DNA of 64,000 nt from Dudresnaya verticillata. Taxonomy: Eukaryota. Shown piece by piece: positions 48,623 to 61,800 of the stretch. The stretch is from positions 1,116,001 to 1,180,000 of the forward strand of contig OZ374560.1 of assembly GCA_977862235.1 (NCBI GenBank), in the 5' to 3' direction. A program made the position numbers and the translations under genes. Below the pieces are notes generated by a model that was not told where the DNA came from, did not search any database, and worked only from the letters and a program-made list of their open reading frames with translations. The first letter of the stretch is position 1, and each line of letters begins with the position of its first letter.

Positions 48623-51600
48623 ATGCCGCCTATGACCAGAAGTGGTTCCAACCACGAGGAGGACGGTGATGGTGCTGGGGCTTCAAGTGGACTCGGAGCC
48701 AGCGCATTGTTTGCGCCAGTTCAGCATCCTGTTTTAAGGAGTTTGAACCCAATCAAGGTGGCTACCTTCTTGCGTGAGAGAGAGAGGTATGTCGACGAGG
48801 TTTTGGAAAAACGAAAGGAAGTGCCGTCCATGTCTCTCGCATCGTTCAAGGTGTTAGTGGATCGTAGCCTCCTGAAGACGCTTCACGAGCTCGGAGAGCT
48901 GGATTCAGTCGCAGAAGGTCTTGAATTTGTCGACTTGGAGTCCGAGCATATAGAAGCGTACGTCAAATCTATAATCGCCACAAGAAAGGACGAGGAAATC
49001 GACCCCAGGGTAATCGAAGATGCCTTGAAAGGCATGAGAATGCCCACGTCTATTTCAGATCCGAAGGCTCGTATCTTGCAGTACGTCCACAACGTTTTTC
49101 AACGATTAGAAGGTGTTGGGTACGGAGACTTCAAGGAAAGGAATCCAAAGAAGACCGTGAAGCTACTGCAAGAGCGATTATATCCTCCTTATCTAAAGGT
49201 GCTATGGAATCTCAGCTTGGGTATCAACCAGGGCTTGGAAAAATGTCAAAGCATACGTTGCTATGTTAAGAAAGGAAGTGGTGATACAGGCTCGGTTGAA
49301 CTCTGGACGAGGAAAAAATGAAAAGGATGTAGCGCAAAACTCGACTGCGTCAAGGAGAAGAAAGGAAAAAAGTCTCCAAAGGACAGTAAGGGAGACTCTC
49401 ATACTCCTGATAGCAATGCTCCCGAGCTTCCATGCCTAAATGAGGAATGCAGAGCAAAGGGCTTGCGTCACAAGGGAGGTGTTCTTAATTGCCCGAAGAC
49501 GGGTCCAGAAAAAGATAAGGAGCTGATTCGTGAGTTGATGGAGTCCAAAAGGCAGAAGGCTAAGCACGTTACATCTAGAAAAGGTCTTGATGTAACTACT
49601 GAAGATGGTAATTCGACAATAATGGGAGTTACCTTTGCTGGTATAGTGCAAACAAAATTTTGCACAGATGGGGGCTCCGACATCAACTTGTTACCATCTA
49701 CTGTATTTGTAGAACTAGTTGAAGGAAGGGCTGAAATGAATGTGAAGGAATTGGAAAGGCCGAGGACGTTCGAACTTGCTGCTTCCGAAATGTATATGAC
49801 GTGCAAACGTGAAGTTGAGATAAACACTGAATTGAAAATCAGGCACGGGAAGGCTTTAATGATCCGGAACCTTCGCTCTCTCGTTGCTGTCGAGCCCGTC
49901 GATGAGCCGCTACTAGGACGGCCTATCCAGGAAGCACTTGGACTCGACACTAAGAAGATAATCGAGGCGGCGCGTGACAGATACCGAGGGGAGGTTGATG
50001 CTTCCGAGGTGATGGATAGGGACTACCCTGAAGGTTCTATCGCCCGCATTCTTTCTCCAGGACTATTTCACTCCAACCCTTCCATGGAGGATGGTGATGG
50101 CAGTGCATTATCTGATCAGCGCACAGAATTGGGCGTTGATACCTGGGAGGAACTGGATGGCTCATTTGATGGAATGTTGTCGTCAGCGGAAAAGAATTAA
50201 ATCTCTTAGAATGGCAAACATAAGTGGCAGGGCCTGCTAGGGGAGTTTCGAGATGTGTTTCGAGTTCGGCTTGGTCCAGGACCGCCTGCTCAGGTCGACC
50301 CTATGTGGTGACTATGAAACGAGAAGCTTTACTATATATGTCTAAAGTACCCCGCTATCCAACTGAGCAAAGAGACTACATGAAGCGACTGGTTGACAGG
50401 TTGGTGGAGTTCGGTATGGCGGTGCCTAACAAGCATGCAGAATGGACTTCTCCGCCACTACCAGTTCAGGAACCTGGTTCTACTAAGTACCGCATGACGT
50501 TCGACCTCCGTCGCGTTAACCAAAATACGAAGCCAGTGGCTTGGCAGATGCCGCACATACAGTCTGAACTGCTCGACTTCGCGGGCATCAGGTACTTTGC
50601 TAGCATCGATTTTTGTGCAGGCTATTGGCAAATGCCTCTGCACGAGGAGCCAAGGCCTTCACAGGTTCGTGACGCCAGCTGGAGTTTACAAACCCACAAG
50701 GACACTCCAGGGTGGTATGAATGCTGTCCAAAATTTTCAGTCGCGTGTTGAACCTTGCTTTCAGTCTTTGGGGAAGGCTATGAAGGCTTGGCTTGACGAC
50801 TTTGGGGTCCACGCCGACTCCGAAGACGGGCTTATTTCTAATCTCCGAATTTTCTTTACTGTTTGCCGGCAACGAAACCTTAAGGTTTCTGCGAAGTCCG
50901 TACTCTTTGACCGCAAGCTGCAGTGGTGCGGATATATTGTTGATGCCGAAGGGGTGCAGTGCGACCCCCGACGGTTTAGTGGGTTGAAAACCGGATTTTA
51001 CCCAGTGACCGCAGCGGAGTTGTCGCAGTTCGTCAACTGTTTACAATGGATGTGCACATATCTACCAGACTTCGCATCAAGGGTGGCACCGCTGCGTGAT
51101 TTGTTGGAACAGGCCTATGCTAAATCAGGAAAGCGTACATCCCGTTCCATCCAGGGAATACGGATCTCATCGCTGTCCTGGGGCCCTGAGCATGCAAACG
51201 CGTTTGACGGTTTGCAAGAACAACTATAGAAGGCAGTGAAACTTGCTCATCGCGATCAGAAGAAGGCGATTTGTGGTTACACAGACGCTTCTGACGAGCA
51301 TTGGGCCGCAATTGTCACTCAGTGCGAGCAGAATTGTTTGAGTCTTCGTATTGAGGAGCAAAGGCATCAACCACTCGCATTTCTCGGTTCAGCATTTAAT
51401 GAGACTCGACAACCTTGGAGTACGGTTTAGAAAGAGGCATATGCTGTCCTTCAAGCATTCGAGAAAATGGACTTCATGCTGTCATGCGAAGAGGACATAC
51501 ATTTATTCACAGACCATCGTAATCTTTTGTTTGTGTATAACCCTACAGCTCTGAATCTAATGATGGGCGCCATATTGTTAACAAGGTGCAACGTTGGGCA

Positions 51601-53285
51601 TTGTTTCTATCAAGATTTATGTACACAATAGAACACATCAGTGGCGAGAGGAATATAGCAGCCGACTTAATGACAAGGTGGTATGCTGTGTATCGTGGTA
51701 AGCGCAAGGGTGCAAGGAGAATCACAAGCTTGATGATGGCGGAAGATATCGTGAGAACACCGAGCAGTGAAGGATTTGAAATCCCAACGTTTGCTGTGAT
51801 CAAGACCTCGCAGTTGAATACCGGACATCGCCCTACTGACCTGAAGTTTGGAGACGATGGGCTTTGGAGGCATGGTAATCTTATTTGGATTCCAGACACG
51901 GATATTGAACTACAGATGAAGCTCTTGGTAGTCAGCCATTGTGTAACTGTAGTTCAGCGTGGCTGTGACTCGATAATAAGTCGGCTAAAGGAACAGTTCT
52001 ACTGGCGGTCAATGGAGGCTGATGCCCGGGAATTTGTGGCAGGATACTTGCACTGTATTATCGCTAAGAGTGGTGAGCGAGTACCACGGCCAATTTCCCT
52101 GACACTTCATGGCACGATGCCTAACGAAGTCGTACACTTCGATTTTATTTACATGGGGATCGGCAAGGACGGTCTCAAGTATTTGCTGGTGATTAGGGAT
52201 GATATATCGATATCTCTGTGGCTCTGTCCATGCGTAGCTGCAGATTCAGAAGCCGCAGCTAAGAACATCTCGCGATGGATACGTGTGTTCACGGCTATGG
52301 TCTATTGGGTCAGCGACCAGGGACCACACTTTAAGAACACCGTCATGAATACAATGGCTAAGTCCTACAACATTAAGCATCAATTTTCCGTGGACTACTC
52401 ACCTTGGGTCAACGGGAAGGTCGAGGTTTGCATGATGCATATCCGCACAGCCTGTACTGCACTCCTTTCGGAGTTCCAGCTCGGTCCACAGGACTGGCCT
52501 TTGGTGGTGGACATGATTATGGCGGCATTGAACGAAGCGCCGCTGAAGAGACTCGGTTCGCGGGCTGATGGCACGTACCGTACGCCACTGGAGGTAATGG
52601 CTGTGATAAAGCCCGCTCGTTCTGTGTTCCTATGGTTGCTGATGGCAATCGCCGTGAAGTTCAGATAACACAAGTCAATGCAAGGCGCATTATCAAAATT
52701 GATGAACTACAGGAGGCAATGGGTTTGATGCATAAGGAAGTAGGAGAACGTGTAGCCAAGTCTCGGCTGAAGCAGGTTGAGCATCACAACGAACGCACCA
52801 ACTTGGTGACACCCCATTTTGACGTCGGTGATTTTGTGGTGGTTCGCCGTGCCCAAAACAAGGGACACAAGCTCCAATTCAGATGGATAGGTCCGCGCAG
52901 GATATCCCGTGTGATTAGCGAAACGATTTATGAAGTAACCGGACTAATTGGTGGAAAGATGGAATTAGCTCATGCTGCTCGTATCATGCTATATAGAGCT
53001 AAGCTGGACGGTTCTGTTGTCTCGGAGAAATTGCTTCGACAAGTCGAGCATCTTGAAGCCCACTTTGAAATGGTGGACAAAATGCTTGACATAGGCGAAG
53101 CCGGTGACGGAATGTTCATTCAGGTGCAATGGCTTGGGCAGCCAGACCGCACTGATTGGACATGGCAGGCCCTAAAAGAGCTTTATGAAGATGTACCTGA
53201 GAAGGTAAAGCACTTTTTGTCAACCACACGCAAGCGAAAACTCGCTGGGAAGGCTTGCAATGAATTGAAGATCTCTCTCGAATAA
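48623..53285 (+). pseudogene. pol: gag-pol of element E
   Basis: gag MPPMTRS..., protease FCTDGGSD, RT (ASIDFCAGYWQ, AWLDDF), RNase H (YTDAS, TDHRNL), integrase (HFDF, SDQGPHF, NGKVE) and chromodomain (FIQVQWLGQPDRTDWTW). Multiple stops and frameshifts. Confidence 0.92.
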
Positions 53286-53480
53286 TGCATACACACAACA
53301 CTAGTGGTGCATGCATGGGGCCCTGTAGAGAGATTTAGACTAGCGACAACTTTGAGCCGTCAACACGGACTTGTTCTTCAAGGTCGGACGGGGGATATTT
53401 GTTTTTGTAGTACTGTTCAGATTGGTACGTGTGGCACAGTACGGTATGCCGTTAGAGTATTACGTTATCTATTCCATGTC

Positions 53481-53722
53481 TAGCCCCAACGTTCTGGAGC
53501 TGGCAGGAGAAATTGGGATGGCTGTTCTGTGCCTAGCTCCAACGTTCTAGAGCTGGCAGGAGGAATGAGGATGGCTGTTCTGTGTATAGCTCCAACGTTC
53601 TGGAGCTGACAGGAGGAATGAGGATGACTGTTCTGTGTCCAGCTCCAACGTACTGGAGCTGGCAGAACGAATGAAGATGACTGTTCTGTGTCTAGCTCCG
53701 TCTTTCTGGAGCTGGCAGAAGG
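53481..53722 (+). repeat. 53-bp tandem repeat (about 4.6 copies) within the 3' LTR of E
   Basis: Units start at 53481, 53534, 53587, 53640 and 53693. Consensus tagctccaacgttctggagctggcaggaggaatgaggatgrctgttctgtgtc. Confidence 0.95.
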
Positions 53723-54699
53723 AACAAACATGACAATAAAAGCTGCTCCTCTCTCAGCAAACGCAGGAGAGGGAGGGGGCGGAGTATAGTTATCACGACA
53801 ACGCGGAGGAGCACAACGCAGAGTTTACATACCTCCCTGTGGTACTATCACTCATTCCTGGTTTGGACTGAAACACACTATTGGTGTGCAGTGCTAGCCC
53901 GGAGTAGCAGGTGTAAGATAGCTGTAGCACCACGTCAGCAGCGGCTCTAAGGGGGTACAAAGGCGCGCAGGAATTTTGCGCACGACAATGCTCGCCAGAG
54001 AGTCGGATTTGCGCAGCGAGCCCGATAGTTTTTTCTTCGATTCCAGTGACGGTCCATCACCTTTCTGTCCGATACGGCCGCGCGATGTGCCGCACACGGC
54101 GCGGCCCATTGGTTCTGTACGGCAGCAAACCGTTGCGAGGGCCCTTACCCGCTACGCCCTGCGTTTTACCACGTCTAGTCGTTACCCCAACGCCTCAACA
54201 CATGTATGCTCGCGTGTGTACTTCCCGCCTTTGGTGCAGTAGCCGTAGACGTACATTGGGTGCACCCATAAATTACCAATCCAATAGCTCGCTACTTTGG
54301 ATACCGGAAAAATTCGCTTTATCGCCAAATCCAAAAAACACCAAACTCTCTAGTGCGCCTTACCTTCTGCAGATCTAAGCGTTGCTTACACACCCGTTTA
54401 TCCCATCTCACCTTCGCACCCTCCCTGTCAATACGCTGCCCCTCTCCAGCACACCCACTAGCTCCACTACGCTTCCTTGGGCCGTGTCCATGGGGACCGC
54501 ACCCCAAGGCAGCGCTGAACTGGGTGACTATGATACCAATAATTTTAGGGCTCCCACGATTTCCCGCACGCCCCCTTCGCCTGTCCTATAGCAGGTCGCT
54601 TCGGAAGCCGAGGTTCTGCACCTCATCGAATCACTTACGCCTGCACAGAATCAAGGGTCGGAATCCACATTACCCAGGGGCACGCAGTCACGCTCCAGA

Positions 54700-55200
54700 T
54701 CTCGCACTCGGGAGTAGAGCCGGGCTCCAAACTACTTTGGAGAGGACATATCAGAAATGCTTGACATTACGGCAGAAGTAGAGGCTCTCGGTGCGAATCA
54801 TTGGTTTCAAGTTAGCACTAAGTTTGGATGGTGGGCTGTAGTGAATTTAAGACCGACGAGAGACGAAGACTCTCTCAAGACCAAGTTTAATAATCTCTCA
54901 AACACGAAGAAGATGATTGGAGACCCTTCCTGGCCCAAAAACGTGTGCCGGGCGAAGCGCATAGCACGCAATATACAGAACAAAAGTTCTGCATATGCCC
55001 TAAGAAGCGACGAAGAGGATGCAGATGGTTCCGAGAACAATAGTTCGGCTGGCGGTGGTCGTTGAGAGACGGAGGAGGCTGAGATTACTGTTGGCGTCGG
55101 TTCCAATAAGAGCACCGCTGCGTCGTCGGTGGTTGGGTCAAAGCTCTCGATATTCGACGAGGAGATTCTGTAGCATGTTGGCACCCTCCGTATTTGCCTT
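54700..55200 (+). pseudogene. Myb/SANT-like accessory ORF of a PIF/Harbinger element
   Basis: LGANHWFQV...RDEDSLKTKFNNL...KKMIGDPSWPKNVCRAKRI resembles the RD..SL..KF..L...KPTGDP.CP..V.RAK motif of transposon-associated Myb-like proteins. Convergent with a transposase. Confidence 0.65.
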
Positions 55201-55559
55201 GGCACTATATTTCATTCTCTAGCGCAAGGTAGTAGCGATACCGCCGGGATTCCAACCGAATATATCATTCGAAAGATGGTTCAAAAGGGTATCAGAGGTT
55301 CGCGATGGGGTATGTGACATGCGGGGCGATGTGCAGAAGACTCTACCTCATACACAGCATATGTTCCAAATGATGACTTAAGTGAAAGACATGATGGATC
55401 GGATCTGTTTTGGAAATGACGAGGGGGCAGAGCTTGATGCAGGTTGAAATCGCGGACGCATACCGTCCAAGGAGGCCGGTAGAGGCGTTTGTGAGCCTTT
55501 TCGGACCGACGGAACTTCGTAGGAATACATTGGTAAAGTTTAGAGAGCAAACGAAGCCG

Positions 55560-57000
55560 ATGTATGTACAGCTGGTTTGCGAACTGCCGTACGAGGTCCC
55601 GATCTGCGTCAGGTCGAAAAACGGGGTTTAAGTTAAACAAATGCCAGCAAATAGTATGCAGGCGAAGCCCTTTGTGATTCAACTGGTAGAGAGCGTTGTA
55701 GACTACTCTCCAGCTTTGCATGTGTAAACAGCCGCGGGACTCGATCCCGCGACCTCCATGGCGGACCAAGCAAAAAGAAACCACTAAGCTATTGCCGCTT
55801 CAGTGTGGCTTTGCTTTGTTTACCATGGAGGTCGACTAGTCTACAATGATCATTGGTTGGCCACCATGATTTGCTCAATAACCGGAACGTGTGAACGACT
55901 GAAAAGTGTCCACAGAGAAAAGCGCCAGACATGCGCGACACGTTGCCAGGAGGTGCAACGTGGCTTGTCCATTACCTACTCCTATCCCGAGGGGCAAGGG
56001 AGAAAAGAAAAATAGAAGAGAAGGTAATGTAGATACCTACTGAAGTAGGATCTTAAGTAGGGAGCATTACAGCACTTCACCAAGCAAAGCTACACTGAAG
56101 CGGCAATAGCTTAGTGGTTTCTTTTTGCTTGGTCTGCCATGGAGGTCACGGGATCGATTCCCGCGGGTGTGTGCACGTGCGAAGCTGGAGAGTAGTCTAC
56201 AGCGTTTTTATGGAATGAATTGTCTGTTAGTGGCCGTAACACCCCCATTATGCGGTTTGGCGTTCGTTAGGCATCGCCTGTTGCATAATGATGTCAATTG
56301 CAGCGAGATTGGAATATGCCGGACTATCCGCAGTCTCAGTTGTCTTTCGTCTGCTGAGGACTTTCCCGTTTGTGGCGCTGCTGTTTGTGACGAGCGTGCT
56401 CTCTCCCTTTATAACCATTCTAGACTGGGTCATTTCATCCTTGAGTTCGGGAAAGTAGAGCCCTGAAGCCATTTCCAACTTTCCATCGTCCTAACTTCCC
56501 CGGAGAGATAACAGCGGCGTGTAAAAGCTCACCTAATAAATGGAAGGCGATGAGATTAGTACCTTCATCGCACTGGGTATAGCCCTCGTAGTACAAATTT
56601 TGCTTATATCGGTATAGTTGGCACATAGCATGCAACCCCCATCCGTAACTCCAAACAAGCCGGATAAGAGCGATCCGTTTCTTCTATTTCCTTGTAGCTA
56701 CGCTGCAGCTGCCTTCCCTTCCTCCAGACCAGGCGATCTCGTCTATTAGCCAGTACGCTCTTTCTTCTTTACAGGTCTGCACAAAACGACAGACCAAAGC
56801 GGGTGGACACGATATCAAATATTAGGGACAGAATGTAGGCATGGCACAAGCTGGCACCTCGCACGAGCCGCTCGTAGGACACAGCAGGACTTATTTCAGC
56901 TTCCGGAGATCTGGCAGGACCCCTTGGAGTCCTTCGATATGGGCATGTTTGGCGGGTGGCGCGCCACATTTAAAGTTCTCTGAGTGGGAAAAATAGCAAT
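55560..57000 (-). pseudogene. PIF/Harbinger transposase interrupted by a MITE
   Basis: VTDG...QNLYYEGY...NLIAF...GELLHAAVISPG...ERQTA*WG, continuing after the MITE as LRLHTICWHLFN. Confidence 0.75.
55698..56200. mobile_element. MITE, 503 bp, with ~120-bp TIRs
   Basis: GTAGACTACTCTCCAGCTT...AAGCTGGAGAGTAGTCTAC termini. AGCGTT is duplicated at 55692-55697 and 56201-56206. Confidence 0.92.
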
Positions 57001-58561
57001 TCGAGAATTTCTATTTCCGGGTGCACCCATTAGCGTCGGGTATTTAAGACGGTCTGCAATCGACGGTTTAGAAAATTGTGAAGGCAACAGCTAGTGCTAG
57101 AGCTTTCCCTAGACCTTGTTGGTTCGATCCCTTTGTCTTCCTCACCAGCCGGCGGTTACCTTTTTTCTTGCTGCGCTAGGCTTCCTTTCCTCCCTCAGTT
57201 TTTCCGTCGGCTTCATGCTGGCCTTCGACATGGACGCTGGGATTCGGGCGCTGGCTACCCGCTTACTGTTCACCCCGTGCGCGCTTCAGCTTCAGCGCTG
57301 TAGGTCTGCACCTGCGTGTCGACACGCGGCCGACACCGCTCTACAACATAAAGCTCCCCATCTACGGGTCTCTGACACAGATTCGAACCGGCGTACGCTA
57401 GATTCTGATAGACCTGATATCAAATCTGAAGCAGGGATTCCGCATGAAACCGGCAGTGGTGTATGTTTTGGACCGCACCCATTTTCTGGTCTCCGAACAG
57501 TACCCGTTATCCTCTTGCCTCGGGCGTCCACAAGCCTTATCGCATGCGACTATTGACTCTGCGTCTCAGGGTTCGCCCTCCCCTTTCCCATGGTTTCTGG
57601 GTTTCTCACCCATTCAAGTCTCTACCACAACCCCTTTCCCCCTTTCCTTGATCTATCACCCACAGTGAGTATCGTGTACCGCGGACAGGGGTCTTGCTCT
57701 TTTATTGCCGACTACCTGCATGGGAGCCATTCTACTTCATTGTACTACACGCCGTGAGACATGAGTCTAAGCAAAGAAGAGCAGGTTTAATATTACAGCA
57801 ATAAAATCGGGCGCGTTAGGGGAATCCGATGCCGTCAACGCAATATTCAAGGGAACCAAGCGCATTGGGAAAGAGGTGTCCGTAAAAACATCTTCACGGA
57901 GGAGAGGAAAGCAGGCTTGAAATTCAGAAATTTTGGGTAAGATGGCACAGAAGGGATGCGCTGAGGAGGAGAATTGTCGAGGCTATGAATAACCCATCCG
58001 CATCATGGTTCAAGGCTGATGGTGATAGCAGTTCGGACGCCGGGTTGGATTGTTAATATACCGTACTGATAGTTTCTTCGGTGACGAAAACTATCATGAA
58101 GCACTTTTATTACGAAGATGCCCGCCAAAGAGATCTCATATTTGAGGCCAACGTTTGGAAGATTCAGACATGGAAACGGAAAGCGGTACTGGAAAAGACT
58201 TGAAGTGAATCTGCAGGCGTAATCAAACCGCCGTATGCAATACTACAGCAGATGAAGTTTGCTCCCTCCTTTCCGCTTCTATGCGAGGCTATCCTAGAGG
58301 AGACAAACGCAATTTAAAGCCGTGGTACGTTTCCGTGATGGCAGACCAATGTTTTGAGAGAAATAGGGAAATCGGCTGAGAGGCTTCAAGTTCTGGCTCA
58401 CGGTAATTCAAAAGCTGGAATGCCCGTGCATATCGAAAGGAAGAATTTGGACCCCACGTACAGCCTTCTTTTCTGGATTTATTGGGAGAACAATGCGAGA
58501 ATAGAGACATTGCGGTTTCTGAACAAGCCGTTGGCATGATTGGATGAGTTGTCCTGGGCAG

Positions 58562-59232
58562 TATAGTGCAGTGTACTAGCGCTGTTTTTGAGGGGTCGCC
58601 CGCTGTTCCACTCATACACACGTGTGTGCACTCGCCCACGTTACACGCACACACGCTTGACACATATATCCGAGGAAGTCCGTCCCCGGGTGCTCGCCAG
58701 CAACGGCTATCCTTAGATTATTCTAATTTACAGTGCGGGGACAGTAATTCCAAATCGGTATTTTAGCGTGATATGTAGGAAGCTCCCTAGGCGCACGGGC
58801 GAAAAGTAGCAGGTACATAGTGGCTCCCGTGTGCGCATGTCCCGCGGGACTAAATGTGCGGGTTGAAGCCTTCTCACAGAAAATTGCCAAGTCGGCGGTA
58901 GAGTCGAAGGTACCCCTGCATTTGCACGCACTGAGGCCACCGCCTGCACCTCGGGTTACGTAACCCTTCTCTTGCACGCGGTCTAACCGCTTCATAAATT
59001 CTCCACCACCGATGAAGACGTCGCATCTTCGTGGCTACGTACCTTGAGTAACCACCGACGTATTTAGGGCTTTACAGTAGACCGGACCCCGTCGCTCTAC
59101 TTCCCGGGGTACACCCCGTGATCCGTGCTCGACCACACACCAGCGACGGCCTCACAGTCGCTCGCCTGCTACCAACTGTGCGAGACCACTTCGGATGCTG
59201 GTTTGGGAAATCCCTGTTTCTGGGTGTTGCCA
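58562..59232 (+). repeat. Diverged solo LTR related to the LTR of element A
   Basis: Shares atatatccgaggaa, cgccagcaa, atttacagtgcg and terminal gggtgttgc with 4910-5476. Ends are eroded and there is no clean TSD. Confidence 0.7.
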
Positions 59233-59549
59233 TGGAGAAAGAAGGAGTTTGACGGCATTAGAGGTTTTAAGCGCACGAATTTCTTGCGCAAACCTCGTGC
59301 GAACTGGCGCACCAGAAGCAGGTTCCGGAAAAAGAGATCAGGCCTGTTTCATTATTTTGCGCACACAAGAAATGGTGTCCGTTGTGAGTATGAGATGACC
59401 CAGAGTTCGTTCTCGGGAGCATTATTCTCAAACCTTCCCAATCTCGCCGCCATCCTGCCGCTACAAGTATCATGCGTCAGGGGGGCGTTTATATTACTAA
59501 AGTGCGAATGCGCCATTGCAGCTTGGCGCAGACAGCTTTATTGGCAGTA

Positions 59550-60720
59550 GCTACATGCTCTCCGCCTTCGGCTGCGCTTCTGGCTTACGCAGAAGCACAA
59601 AACCGAAGGAAGAGGTGCAAACCTTTGTTGGACGGTCACAAACCATCTCGTCTACTTTTTTCAATCTGAATTTATTCTCTGATCAAGAAACGTTCGAGTT
59701 ATTTCGCTTCCACAAGCGCGATATCCCTCTCATATGCGTTGTGATGGGGTGGAGTGCTTGTTTAACAAAATGCTTGTGTAACAAAGCGTAACCGCTACCG
59801 GTGCGACATCGCCACAGCCATATGTATCGTACTACGGAGACTTGCTAAACCCATCAGATTCGTGGATATGGAGAAGCTGTTTGGTTTGAAGTCACCAGAG
59901 GTTAACGAGGTGTTCTGGGAGGTTGGTGAGAGCCTCACGAGAAAGCATTGCTGACTCGTTACGGGTTTTCGCACCAAACGCATAAAGGAACGAGCGGCTG
60001 TGTATGCACAACACATACACGAAAATGGTGCTTTACTGGATAGTTGAATTGGATTCATCGATTGCACAAAGCTGCGCATGTGCAGACCCAGAGGGCAGGG
60101 AATTCTACAACGGAGCGTTTAACCTGTCCATAATATTGCACGCTGCTTAACCTATCCAACAGTCACTACTCCTGATGGTCTTATCTTCGCCTTCTTTGGC
60201 CCAGTAGAGGGACGGGGTCATGCCCTCATGCTGCTTCGCCGCAGTGGATTGGAACAAACCCTGCGGGAGGCTCTGTTCATCTTCGCCTTCTTTGGCCCAG
60301 TAGAGGGCCGAGGTCATGCCCTCACGCTGCTTCGCCGCAGTGGATTGGAACAAACCCTGCGGGAGGCTCTGGTCATGAATGGTAGACAGTTTTATCTCTT
60401 CTGTATCCCTGCATATATGCTCCAAGCATGGATGCAGCGCTCATTTGATGTCATAAATGCTACACCAGCACACCTAGCATACAACAAAGATACGAGTGCT
60501 GCTCACGTGGCCGTGGAGTGGATCTATTAGGATCTGAAGCAACAGTTTAGTGCAAATGACTTTGGATGTGGTCTCAAAGTTCGCAACGTACCCGATCAGT
60601 CTACTCTACTTGGCTTGTGTACTACTCCTGAACTTCGAGAACTTCTTAGAGAATGGTGGGCAAGTCGTTAGCCATTTCGGGGGCTGCATCGCGCCGTCAC
60701 TGGATCGTTACATGAGAATC
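59550..60720 (+). pseudogene. PIF/Harbinger (DDE_Tnp_4) transposase
   Basis: LFRFHKRDIP...IVLRRLAKP...IGFIDCT...CRP...TTPDGLIFAFFGPVEGRGH...YNK...VAVEW. Contains stops and a 96-bp internal duplication. Confidence 0.88.
60183..60371 (+). repeat. 96-bp in-frame tandem duplication
   Basis: atcttcgccttctttggcccagtagaggg...gggaggctctg begins at both 60183 and 60279. Confidence 0.95.
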
Positions 60721-61006
60721 TACTCTCCCCAGCGAGCGAACGAGGATGGAGCAAATAGGACCGCCCTCCTCTGGGCCGCAGATGATTCTAGGCAACCGTG
60801 ATCGTTGTTCACCAGCTTGCGGTACCAGTATCTTCGTCTATGGCCGCAGTATCCAGCACCTTCGGCACGTTTATTTCATCCTAGGCAATTCAAACATGGC
60901 AAACCGACCCTAAAGGCAACTACCTGTCCACACTAGCGACTGCTCATCCGTGTTTCGTGTCAGACTTCCCACCCCTACTGTTCGAGAAGTCGCACTAGAG
61001 TATTCA

Positions 61007-61800
61007 TTAATGCAAGCATCTTTTCAAGCTCATGCATTGCAGCATTACTTTCCTTTCGGTGGAGTATCTTCCCCTCTCGCTCCAGCGCAAATCAGTCCTG
61101 TTACAGCTGAAGACGATGATCCGAAGCGTTCTGCTGTTGTAGTGGCAGGTTGCGCTCCTACGTCGATCGTTCGCGGTCAAACACCAGGTGTTCTCGCTGG
61201 ACCTCAGTGTCCGTGCTCCGTTTCTTCCGGTGCAACTCCAGGTCCTCCAGGATAATGCTTCGAATTCTGACATCTTTGTCCACAGCTTCCGGACGCCCCT
61301 GTTTACGATTTTTAAGTGCCTCGCAAGGCGTGATTGCATCCGGATCGCTTGTTTCAACACCCTCGGAGCAACTCTTTCTTCTCTGCCGACTCACCGCATC
61401 GCCCGAATTGATTCCCCAGCACGCACAAACTTGTTCTGCGCCTCCGTGCGTTTCTCCCTGTCTACCATTAGCAACGGCTTCTGCTCATCGATGTCGTGTA
61501 TGAAATCGTCAAGCAACTGTTCCTTCTCTCCATACTCATCGGAAACACCAGACGCCCTCTGGGCCGACGCCACAGCTTGTCGACGCTGTTGAATGAGGCG
61601 AGTGAAGCGGTCAATGACGTTCTCCGCATTAGGCTGCCTTATGCCTGAAAACAACCGGTGGCATCGTTTCGAGAAATAATTGCCTCGCCTCCTCGAATAA
61701 CGTGGCCTTCTTTCCCCATGGAGCAACCTGCGCGCCCTTACTCGCCACTGAGCGCAGTAAGTAAATGTCGTACGTTGCCGGAAATGTAAAGCGCTCGAAG
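61007..61800 (-). pseudogene. Myb-like/coiled-coil accessory ORF of the Harbinger element
   Basis: DRFTRLIQQRR...RASGVSDEYGEKEQLLDD followed by a charged coiled coil. Convergent with the transposase. Confidence 0.65.

Larger units (their letters stand above)
48422..53829 (+). mobile_element. Ty3/Gypsy chromovirus element E (near full length, degenerate)
   Basis: 48422-48530 is repeated at 53720-53829 (LTR 3' ends ...gagtttaca). The 3' LTR is TGTAGA...TTTACA at 53324-53829. It encodes gag, PR, RT, RH, IN and a chromodomain. Confidence 0.93.

Noticed and set aside
53481..53722. CRISPR-like array of palindromic repeats
   Set aside because: The intervening sequences are near-identical rather than unique spacers, the array lies inside an LTR and there are no cas genes.
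57780..58540. IS1-like transposase suggested by HIERKNL
   Set aside because: A single short motif with no supporting catalytic residues or TIRs.
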